The notes below the pieces were generated by a model. That model was not told the origin of the DNA, ran no database searches, and saw only the letters and a list, made by a program, of their open reading frames with translations. Made by a program: the position numbers and the translations under genes. Shown in pieces: positions 1 through 10,500 of a DNA stretch of 64,000 nt (position 1 is its first letter; each line of letters opens with the position of its first letter). Source of the DNA: Cyanophora paradoxa CCMP329 (lineage: Eukaryota; Plantae; Glaucophyta); the NCBI GenBank assembly GCA_004431415.1, contig QPMI01000005.1, forward strand, positions 682,001-746,000, given 5' to 3'.

Positions 1-2384
1 GCACGGGCGCGAGAGCTCGAGCCGCTCGAGCCGCCGGCTGCCCGCCGCCAGCGACTCCACCAGCGCGTCCCCCGCCTGCGAACGAAGGTTAGGCTCAGAG
101 TGAAATTCTTAGAGATTCTAGCTTAGACGTTCTTCTTTGTGAGATTCTTTGACGTTCTAGCTTAGATCTTACGATTCTAAGAGCGTTCTAGCTTATAAGT
201 TGATTTTAAGATTATGGATACTTAGGATCGGGGCGGGCCTGGTCGACGCGGAAGAGTTTGGCGACGCGCAGGCGCGGCATGCGGCGCGGGTCCAGCGCCG
301 TCCCTGCCCCCCCGTCAGGCCCCGGGGGGTACGGGGTACAGGGCCGGGAGGGGGGTACGGGCGCACCGAGGTCGCCGAGGGCGCCGCTCGCGTTGAGGAG
401 CTCGAGGGCGAGGGGCGGGCCCGGCGGGGCGGGCGGCGGCCAGGCGGGGGCCGGCGAGGGCCCCACGCGGCGGAAGGCGAGCGAGAGGGACCGCAGCCGC
501 GGGCAAGAGGCGAGGAGGGCCCGCAGCGCCGGCGCCAGGTCCGCAGAGGCCGCCGCCGGCGCCGACGGGTCGCCGAAGGGGTCGGCCGGGCCGAAGGGGC
601 CGAAGGGCGGCCCGCCGGTGACGCCGGGCGGCAGGCGGCACGCGTAGCGGTCGAGGGTCAGCTCCTCGAGCCGCGGGCAGCACGCCGCCACCGCCGCCAC
701 CGCCCCGGCCCCCGCCCCGGGGCACTGCGATCAGGCGAAGCGCGTGGTCGGGAGGGTACGGGCGGAGGCGCGGAAGGGGTACGCGCGCACGTCGGTGAGG
801 TCGAGGCGGGTGAGGTTCGGGAGCCGCGCGGCCGCCGCAGCGACGAACGCGTCCGTCGCCCACGGGCACTGCGGCGGGTGGGGGGTACGGTGTTCGACGA
901 TCGGGGGACGGGAGAAGCGGGGCGGGGTACGCACGTCCTCGAGGGCGAGGGACTGGAGCGTCGGGGGCAGCGCGGCGGCGGCGGCGGCCTCGGCGCCCGG
1001 CGGGGCGGCCTCGGCGAAGGGCGCCGGGCACGAGGAGAGGTCGAGGGAGCGCAGCGGGGCCGGCGGGCCGCGAGGGCGGCGACGGCGCCGGCCGCGTCGA
1101 GCCGCCGGTTGAGCCCCGCGTCCAGCAGCGCGAGCCGCGGGCACCGCCCCAGCAGCGCCGCCAGCCCCGCGCCCCGCAGCAGCCCGCACCGCCGCGCGTG
1201 CAGCTCCCGCAGCGCGTACCCCCCCTCCGCGGGCGTACCCCAGTCCAGGCCCGCGTCCGTCACGTCCGTCCCGGATACGTTCAGCACCTGCGGGGGTACC
1301 GGGTCGGGAAGGAGGGGGTACGTGGTGCGGGGGGTACGGGACCTGGAGGAGGGGTAGGCCCGAGCCGATGGCGCGGACGGCTTCGTCCGAGATGCGGCAG
1401 TACGACACATGCAGCGCCGTCAGCGACGGCGCCAGCGCCGGGATCCGCGCCAGGTCCTGGGGGTACCGGATCAGGGGCCAGGATGGGCGCGGCGGGGGCC
1501 GGCGGGGCGCACGGCGGGGTCGAGCCCGCGGCAGCCCGAGAGGACGAGGAGGGAGAGGCGCGGGCAGGCGGCGACCGCCTCCAGCCCCGGCCGCGTCAGC
1601 CACCCGCACCTGAAGAGCCTGCGGGGGCGGCTGGTCGGGAGGAGGAGAGAGGCGAGAGATTGGGGGAGAGGGGGTACGGGCGGACCGCAGCTCGAGCAGC
1701 CCGGCGCAGCAGCTGCGGGGCCGGCGTGAGCGGGGCGAAGGTGGGAGGGGCGGGCGGGGCGCGCACCGCTGGAGCATGTGCCCCAGGTCCTCGTCCATGA
1801 TGCAGCGTACCCCTCCAAGGTTGAGGGCGCAGAGCGGGGGCCCCCGGTCCGCCACTGCCCGCAGCCCGAGCCCTGTCACCTCCTTGCTCCTGGGCGGGCG
1901 TTGGGGGCGGGCCGGCGGGAGGGCGCTCGCGGCGGAGCGGAAGGGCGGACCAGAAGAGGTTCAGGCGCCGCAGCCGCGGGCCGCAGAGCGCCGCGAGGGA
2001 GCATACGTCATCGTCGGTCGCCTCCGCCCACTTCAAATTGACGGAGCGCAGCTCCTGCGGCCCAGCCGGGCCCAGCTCCCGCAGCGCCGCGAGGAACGGG
2101 CCGACGAGGTGCGGGCACTTGCCGAGGCACACGTCCGCCACGCGCGAGTAGGGCCCCGCGAGCGCGCGCTCCAGCTGCCGCTGGATCTCGACCGCCTGCA
2201 GCCCGCGGAAGTGGTAGGGCTTGAACGCGAGCGACGCCAATCGCGGGTCGGAGTAGGCGGTCTGCTTCCACGCGCGGCAGACGCCCGCCGCCCGCAGTAG
2301 CTGCGGCACCTCGAGCGACTGGAACACGAGGTGCAGCACGTCGCCCGGCAGCTCCGCTGCGTCGTGCCCACCCGCGGCATCCAT
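1..2384 (-). CDS. F-box/leucine-rich repeat (FBXL-like) protein, multi-exon, 3' end beyond the left edge
   Basis: ATG at 2384 gives MDAAGGHDAAELPGDVLHLVFQSLEVPQLLRAAGVCRAWK (F-box LP..VCRxW). Cys-containing LRRs follow across short introns (LRSVNLKW, LCALNLGG, LTALHVSYC, LNVSGTDVTDAGL, LRSLDLSSC, LTRLDLTD, LEELTLDR). The last visible exon 75..1 (AGDALVESLAAGSRRLERLELSRPC) follows a GC-AG intron at 238..76. Confidence 0.88.
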
Positions 2385-2796
2385 GCCGCGCGCTCGCAGT
2401 CGGCCCTTCGGAGGCCGGGAGAGAGCGACGCGAGTTCTGCTGCAGCTGCCGCTCGCAGTCGGCTCTGCGAAGGCCGGCAGAGAGCTCGAGCGAGTTCTGA
2501 CGTGAGACAGCGACGGAGGCTGCAGCGCGGCCACCGCTCCCCCTCCGCCGCGGTTCTGCTGCAGCTGCCGATCGCGCTGCCGATCACGCCTGGTTCTTCC
2601 TGTCGCCTTGCGAGCTGCGCGTCTCGGCCACACACGTACCCCGGCGATTGGCTTCTTCGTTCGGGGACTCGATAGAAGCGCGGTAACTGGAGTGTCCGGC
2701 TTCATGCGCTAGCGAAAAGCGCGCTACAGACGTAGCGTACGCGCACCCTTCGCGTAGCCGAACGCCTCGAGCGCCCGCGGATACGCGTCGGCGCGC

Positions 2797-4426
2797 ATGG
2801 GCATCGACGAGCTGCCCGCACCGCTCCTGGCCCGCGTCCTTCGCCTCGCGGCCCGCCGCGGCTTCCCGCGGCCCGCTCCGGGTCGCCCCAAGGCGTTCGC
2901 CCCGTGGGACGAGCCCGTCGCCACCGCCGCGGAGGAGGAGGAGGCGGCCGCGGCGGGGATCGACGTGGACCTGCGGCGGCTCGCGCGGCTGCGGGCGGTC
3001 TGCCGGTCCTTCGCCGCGGCCCTGGAGCTCGAGCCAGACGCGTGCGCCTTCCTGAGCGTCAGCTTCGCGACGGACGCGTGTGCCACGGCGCTGGAGCGGC
3101 TTCCGGCGGCGTGCGCGGCGGCCGTGCGCGGCGTCGCGCTGGTCGACTCGCGCCTCAGCGCCGCCGGCGTCGCGCGGCTCGCGGCGGCGCTGTCGAAGGC
3201 GCGCGTCGAGCGCCTCGAGGTGCGCGTGTCGCCGCTGGCGGACGCGGAGGAGGCGGCCGCCGCGCTCGTCGGCGCGCTCGGGAGCCCCGGGCTGCGCGCC
3301 AGCCTCCGCCGGCTCGTCTTCGTCTCGCCGGCGCCCGTGGAGGCGGCCGGCCGGCTCCTAGCCGGCGTCGCGCGGCTCGACCGGCTCGAGTCTCTGGCGC
3401 TGGGCGGCGCGCCCGTCGGCTCTTCCGCCCTCGCCGCCCTCGCGCAGCTCCCCGTGACCGGGGAATCCCTTTCGGAGCTCGACGTCGACGTACCCCTCCG
3501 CTTCGGGGAAGGCCCCGGCCCCGCCCTCGCCGCCGCCGCCCGCCTCCCATCCCTCCGCCGCCTCTGCCTCCGCTTCGGCGACGCAAAGGTCGGCTTCCCC
3601 CCTCCCCCCCCCCCCTCCCCCAAATCCTTCCCTGCCGGAGTCGAACCCGCGCGCAGGCGGCGTCCGAGGCCGACGCGGCGCCGCTGGCGGCGCTGTCGGA
3701 GCTCCGGTCCCTTCGCCTCGGGGGCCCCGTCCTCTCCTCCCTCGCGTTCCTTCCGGCCCTGCCCCGCCTCGAGGACGCCGCCCTGTCCGTCTCCGCCGGC
3801 GCCGACGCCGCGCCCCTCCGCCGCGCCGCCCGCCTCCGCTCCCTCTCCCTCGTCCGCGTCGCCGTCGGGAGCGCCCCCTCCCGCAGCCTCGCCTCCGCCC
3901 TCTCCTCCCTCCCCGCCCTCGAGGTGCGCGTGCCCCCTTCCAAACCTCGCGCCGCCCCGCTCAACCTTGTACCCCCAGCGGCTCCACCTGGTCTGCGACT
4001 CGCGTACCCTGGAGGCCCTCGCGGCCGAGCCGGGGCTCTCCTGGCCCCGCCTGTCCCTCCTCTCCCTCCGCCCCTCCTCCGTCTCGGACCCCCTCCCCGC
4101 CCTCCTCCTCCGCCGCCTCGCCTCGGCCGCCCCCTCCCTTCGTTCGCTCCGGCTGGACGGACCGCTGGAGCTGCCGGGCTGCCTGCAGGCGCTGGGGCCC
4201 CTCTCGGACCGCCTGCGCCGCGTGTGCTTCGGGCCGGCAGCGGCCTGGGCTCTCTCCGCCCCCCACAGGGCCCTCGTCTCGAATCTCCTACCCCCGCCCT
4301 CCGCCGAGATCGTCTACGAGAAGGGTGCGCGTGCCGTACCCCCCTAGCGCCGCCCCTACCCCCCTTTCCCCCTTCTCTTTCCCTTCCTGAACTTCGGAAA
4401 TGTTCGCAGAGGAAAGCTGGTCATGA
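2797..4426 (+). CDS. F-box-like/LRR (RNI-like) protein, 4 exons
   Basis: F-box-like start MGIDELPAPLLARVLRLAA..LRAVCRSF, then LxxLxL repeats (LESLALGG, LSELDVD, LRRLCLRF, LRSLRLGG, LRSLSLVR). Exons 2797-3588, 3657-3923, 3979-4324 and 4410-4426 join in frame with GT-AG introns and end ..YEKEESWS*. Confidence 0.75.
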
Positions 4427-4690
4427 TCATATGAGGGAGTAGGCCCAGCTGGCCGCTGGCCATGGGCAACTCGACTCGATCTTGGGAGAGATCATGATCA
4501 CGTGATCGGTTTCATCAATCTAGATCTGCCATCGGGTCTGGTCTGGTCTGGCCATGGGGGGGGAGGGGGGTGGAGGGGGGGAGGGGGGGGAAGGGGGGGG
4601 GCGCCCGTGGGCCGAGGGAGGGGGCCCGGGGAGGGGCGAGGTGGGGTGGGAAGGGGGGGGGAAGAGGGGGGGGGTTCAACCAGACCTGGG

Positions 4691-4870
4691 CAGGGGCGGC
4701 GCTGGACCCGCGCCGCATGCCGCGCCTGCGCGTCGCCAAACTCTTCCGCGTCGACCAGGCCCGCCCCGATCCAAATCATAATCAATCACAATCTAAAGAT
4801 CCAATTGCAAGCTAGAACGTCAAAGAATTCGAATCTCAGGAATCTCAAGATCGATGTCTAAGCTAGGATC
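4691..4870 (+). repeat. Inverted orphan copy of one exon plus downstream intron of the left F-box gene
   Basis: 4694-4758 equals the reverse complement of exon 239-303 with one mismatch. It keeps the CAG acceptor and the GCCCGCCCCGATCC donor. The next ~100 bp resemble intron 120-225 in diverged form (aagctagaacgtcaaagaat, tctaagctag). Confidence 0.9.
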
Positions 4871-6607
4871 ATTAGGAATTGTTAATTTGATTTAAGCCGC
4901 TTCCACTCCGGCGCGCCCGCCGCCAGCGCCCGCCCCGGCCCACCCTGACGCGCCCGACCCCGCAGGACGGCGCGGGGCCGGGAGGTGCTGGGCCTCGAGG
5001 CGGCGGCCCCCGGCATGCAAATTGAATGGGCGGGCGGCTGGCCGCCCCGGCCCGCCCGGCCCGGCCGGGCCGCGGCCCTTGGCGGCGGGACTCCTCCGGC
5101 CCCCCGCGGCTTCCTGGGCCCGGGCTCCGTCCTAGCCCGGTCCATGCGCATGCCAGTGGCCCATGGCGCACCCGTCGGCGAGCCATCATGCAGTGCTGTG
5201 CGGCCTGTGCACGTGCCCGGGTGTGACTGTGCCCCTCACCACCGACCGTCGGACTCGGGCGGACGATTCCCCGCCGGGCCCGGGCCCCGCCGAATCCCCG
5301 GCCCAGGCCTAGGCCGCGGCTGTCGCAGTGCCGAACTTCAGAAATGTGTGCCGAACAGAACTAGTACTAGTCTAGTAGTACCTGCCGCCGCAGTGCCGCG
5401 GCCCGCGGGCCGCGGCTACTAGGCTAGCGCTAGCCTTAACTTGGCCCTTAACCGTTGACCTTAGTAAGCTTACAAGTTACAACTTACAACTTTTTTTTTG
5501 GTGAATTACCGGCCACAGTCTCTAGACACCAGCACTGCGGGGGCTGCCCAGGGGGCATAAAGACAAAAAAGCAAAATAACTAAGACAAGAGCACGAAGAA
5601 AGATAAGACAAAAAGCCAAAATCGACAATAAAAAAGGAAAGACACAGAGCTCGAGACAGATCGATAGCGAGAAGAGACGATAAATCGAGCAGATCTAGGG
5701 ACATGTACAGAGGATAACTGACACGAAGAAGAGCCAGAGCTAGAGTTACAACATGGCATCATTGGCATGGCCAGAATTCAATCTACTAGTAGATCGAATC
5801 TGCTCGATCGCGATCGGACGTTTCGATCCAGCCCGGCCACGCGGATCACGAGATCACTTCAAGAATTATTTAATTCGATTATCGGATATGCCAAGTTTTC
5901 AAGTTTGTTTCTGGATTCAGCAACTGAATCCAGAAACAAACTACTAAACTGCAGCTGAATTTCAGCTGCAGTTTAGTGGTATAAGGTCGTGCTACGACCT
6001 CCCGGATTCCCGGGTTCGGTTCCTGCTGTTTCCGCTACGTTGTACTTCGAATCCCTGTGATTTCCGATACCGTGACTTGTATCCTCGTTGTGTACTACGA
6101 GTGGGCACGCCCACCGTAGATCTTAAAAAAAAATAATTAGTAATTCGAAATTTTATGTATAATTAATTATAACACGAAATGTTAACTTTCCTAATAGTAA
6201 TAGACGAAATGAATCACGATATTACAACAATCAACTTTCAAGTTTCATGACCTGCTGCGGCCGCGGCCCTGGCTGCAATGCGCTGCATGCGGGCAGGCTG
6301 TGACAGCCTGTGAGCCTGCGGCCCACTGCAGCTGCCACAGCCTGCCAGGCCACTGGCCCGGCCCACTGGGCCCCGGGGCCAGCCCGGCTGCCCGCGGCCC
6401 GCCGGCGCCGCCGCCCGGCCCGCGCAGTGCAGTGGCATGCAGTGGCAGTGACTTTACAAGTGGACTGCAGCTCAGACAGCCTGCGCATGCACTGCCATGC
6501 ACTGGCATGCAGTGCCATCGTCGGCAATGACTCGGCATCGTGTGCCATCACTGAGTCGACGTCAGTGAGTCATTGCCAATTTGCCATGCACTGGCAGCTG
6601 CCAGCTA

Positions 6608-6851
6608 CCGTCGGGCACTAAATTACTGCGGCGTTTATTAACGCGGTTTCAAAAATGGCCCTCCTCTTAGCGAAATACCGCGGTACCAAATTAACGCGGG
6701 TTTAAAAATTTGAGGCTTGTATGGGGCAGTAATTTCAAGGGGTACTGTATTGGGCAACTTCTCAGCAGCAAATTACCGCGGCACCAAATTACCGCGTTTT
6801 AACAAACTTTTGGCGCGTTAATTTGGTACCGCGTTAGTTAAGTGCCCGCGG
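6608..6851. mobile_element. MITE-like non-autonomous DNA element, copy 1
   Basis: Imperfect ~24-bp TIRs (CCGTCGGGCACTAAATTACTGCGG vs reverse-complemented right end CCGCGGGCACTTAACTAACGCGG), flanked by TA on both sides. Repeated internal AAATTACCGCG motifs. Homologous to 62003-62301. Confidence 0.65.
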
Positions 6852-7527
6852 TACTCAAGTGCCCTACGGTAGCTGCAGCCTGCATGCGCAGCAGCGCAGG
6901 CTGCGCAGCTGCAGCCTGCAGGCTGCAGGCTGCACTCAGTGACTGCCGCTGCAGGCTGCAGCCTGCAGGCTGCAGTGCCCTCAGTGCCCTGCACCGTGCC
7001 GCGGACCGCGGTCCGTGCGGCGTGCGGCGTGCGCATGCCATGATCATGGGCATCACCAGGGCATGATGGCCGATCAATGGCGATCATCGCCGATCGCGAG
7101 TCGGATGACTCGCCGAGTCGGATGACTCGGATCGCGATCCGCGACTCCCCGGCCCGGGACCGCGAGTCGACAATTGACTCGCGAATCGCGATCGATATGC
7201 ACGCAGCTGCCAATGCCTGCCATGTGCATGCAGCTGAGCGTGCGCGCACCGGGTACCGCCGCGCAGTGCGCCGCGCACTGCCGCGCAGTTCCGAAGTTCC
7301 GAAGATCGCAGCTGCGCCGTGCGGTCCTGGCAACCGTCCTGCGCGGCGGAGCGGCAGTGCTCTCCAGCCTCCAGGGCAGGCCTAGCCTCCTAGGCTAGAG
7401 TCCTAGCCTCGAGAGTCCTAGGGACGGCGAGTCGAAGTGCGCACGTGCACGGGGCGCGGGCCCGGGGAGACCGCCGGACCGGACGTACCGTAGTACCGTA
7501 CGCGTAGTACGGTAACCCGCGACCGCC

Positions 7528-10500
7528 ATGAGGGGGCCCTGGGGACTTCTCGTCGCCTTCCTGGCTGCAAGCGCGTTTGCGCTATGCCTCGCTGGTAAGC
7601 CATATACATATTTGTGCATGCCTTGATGCTCGCGCTGTACATCAATATCTGCATATGCATAATGCATGTTGATGGATGCATATGTACTGCGGCGCCGCGT
7701 ATGCATATGATTCTGATATCGATCATGAGACGCTTGACCTCCCGACCGATGCAGATCTTCAGATAGTTGTTCCGACCAGCCCCGTGTGCATCACCGGGTC
7801 CACTGCAGACGGCTCCGCGGCCACGAGCAAATGCAGCATCTCCTGGACCTTGCAATTGTGGGGGGGCGGCACCCCCGCCCAAGTCCGCATCTACGTCTGT
7901 CCCGCAGCCGGCGCGCGGGCAGCCTCGAGCATGGATCGCGTCGCGGAGTGCGCGCAGGTGAGCGCGGGCCGGGCGCGCTGGCGCGCGCGCACGCGTCGGT
8001 TTCTCTGTTGTCAAGCTGCTAATTGCAATTGCGACCATCGAACATTGACGTCGACGATCATGCGTATGCCAGGTGGGGGAGACGGCCTCCCAGGCGGACG
8101 GGTCTGCGAGCTTCCTGCGGGTCGCACTCTCCGAGGCCGCGCTCCTCGTGGCCTGCGGAGGCTCCGGCACTCCCCCATTAGAGAACAGCGGCGGGTGCGC
8201 GCGCATCGCTTTAATTCTTCGCTACATGTGCAGGCTTGCTAGCTCTAGGCTAAGCCCATAAACCCTGTCCATGGCCAGGCAATATATAGCCCCAGCACTG
8301 TGGCAAGGCCCTATATAGCTAGCTATAGGCCATTAAGGGCGGCGCCCATTAAACTGCTTTCATTGCGTTTGCAGTGGCTGCGTCGCGGAGTGGTTGGCGG
8401 TCGCGTTTGTCGACCCGAGCCCCGCGGCCGTCTACAATGCTACCCGCCCCCTCGCGCTCGTTCCTGCGTCAGGTCTGTCGGCGCAAAACGAGTCACTGTG
8501 CTCGCACGTAGTCTGAGATTGAGCGCGCGAGCACACGCGCAGGTCTTGGAGCCAGCGGAGCTTTGAACGTGACGGCGAGCAGCTCGGATGTCTGCTTGGT
8601 GGGCGGAGGGCCCTGCCAGGTTCAGTTCACCTACTGGGTCGCGGCGGACTGGGTCCTCGTCTACCTCTGCAGGGGCGACCCCTCTTCGGCCGCGATCGCG
8701 AGCGTCGACGCCTTCAACAACGACGGTTGCCTTCACGTGCGCCTGCGATATCGATCTCGATCGCCTTGAGCTCCAGTTGCGATCGCGAGTTCCACGTTTA
8801 ACTGCCGGCGCCGCGCAGATCGCGACCGTCGACAACACATACGCCCATGCCCCGATGTCCGCGAACGCGTACCTCTCCTCCGCGCAGTACGAAACCCTCT
8901 GCGGCGCTGCGAGCTCCTGCCCGGCTCGCTGGGTAGTCTCCTCGGGGAGCGTCCCTGCGATCGTTGGCACGAGGAGCGTTCAACTCTACTCGCGCACGAG
9001 TGAGTCCGGCCCGGCCCCCGCGATCATGATACCGGTATCATGACGGCGGCCCTCAGCGCTGCTTCTGACGTCGCGGACGGCGGCCTCGTGCACTGCTATG
9101 CCCGCGTCGGGCGACTGGACGGCGACAGAGTCGTGCCCCGTGGCGTGGATAGCCTCACAGTACTACCACTGGAGCGCATACATCTGCGTCTACGTTTGTC
9201 CTCCGACGGTCTCTACATCGGTGAATCAAACGAGCAATGATACTGTGACGATACAGACAGCTGTCTACTCCGGCACCTGCGTCATGGTTCGCTTCAGACC
9301 TTGAAATGAGCTCAGGCAATGCACGGTTATGCACCGAGCTCGAGTAGGCTATGGCTAGATCTAGATCATCTGCATATGCTTTTTTGACGCGGACCCATCG
9401 GCCGCGGGGCGCTCCGTCCAGGTCGGGTGTGTATATCACTATGGTCCGGGAGACTACATGACGGACTTCCGGCCGCCGGCGTCGTCGTACTCGGCCATTT
9501 GTGGCTCGAGCGCGAGGTGCACCTCCATTATATTCCGAAGTTCGGGGGCCAGGATCCTTAACTTTCCTTACTAAAGATCTAGATACCACATTATATGCAT
9601 ATATATATAAAACTATGATATTCTTGCCTCCGGCGGTCGGCATCCTTGCGCTCGTTCTCTACAATGACGCCGCGATAAGCAGCGGCTGCGACGCTCAGTG
9701 GGTCGCGATGAACCAATGGTACACGATTGAATATGATACCCGGCCTTTCCGCTTCCTGCCGCCGCCCCCGGAGCGGCCCATGGCATTCACCCCATGGACG
9801 GCTGCCAACTGCTCAGCTGGCGGCGAGCCCTGCAACGTTGGCTGGACAGGCTACGGGGCGGGCTTTTGCTGCAGCGCAGTGCAGCTCTTCATCTGCCCTG
9901 CCGACGTCGATGCCCTCGCGTCCGGCTCGGCCAGCCCGAATGCGACGGAATCTTGCGTATGGGTGCGTGGCGCGTGCGCCCGCGTGCGGATGCATTTCGG
10001 TAGGCTTATTATCACTGCAATCGGCTCGCAGGTGGCAAGCGGAGGGTACGGATCCTTCTCAGCAGTGCCCACTCTTGCCTCGTACCAGCGGATCTGCGGG
10101 ATGGCGCCCAGGTCCGTCCAGGCATATTGAGAAATCTATGGCTGTTCACTGACGCCGTGGTGCACACGCGCAGCGGCTGCCCCGCGGTCTGGCGCATTGT
10201 CTCCACCACAGATTCCACGAATTTCGCCTCCCAGAACATGACGCTGCTGCCACCACCGCCCATCGCCATCGCCGACTCGAGCACGGCCAACTGCTCGGCG
10301 GGCAGCTACTGCTACTTGTACTGGACGGGGTACGGCGTCAGCCGCGGTAGCGTGGCGGTGTACGTGTGCAGCGCGGCGGTGACGCAGGCGTCCGACGCGG
10401 CGGGGTCTCCCTCGTGCTTCCACGTGCGGGCCTTCGAATTCTAGATCTTTGCAGTCCTCGTTGCAATTGCAGGCGCTCCGCTCTTTTCCTCGGGTCTGAT

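Noticed and set aside
200-1879. Long Arg/Gly/Pro-rich ORFs on several frames (also throughout 35500-53000)
   Set aside because: Shadow ORFs from very high GC content. The real coding signal is the spliced F-box and Piezo frames.
6100-6122. Helitron 3' end (GTGGGCACGCCCAC hairpin then CGTAG)
   Set aside because: Spacing and terminus do not match the hairpin plus CTRR rule, and there is no 5' end or second copy.
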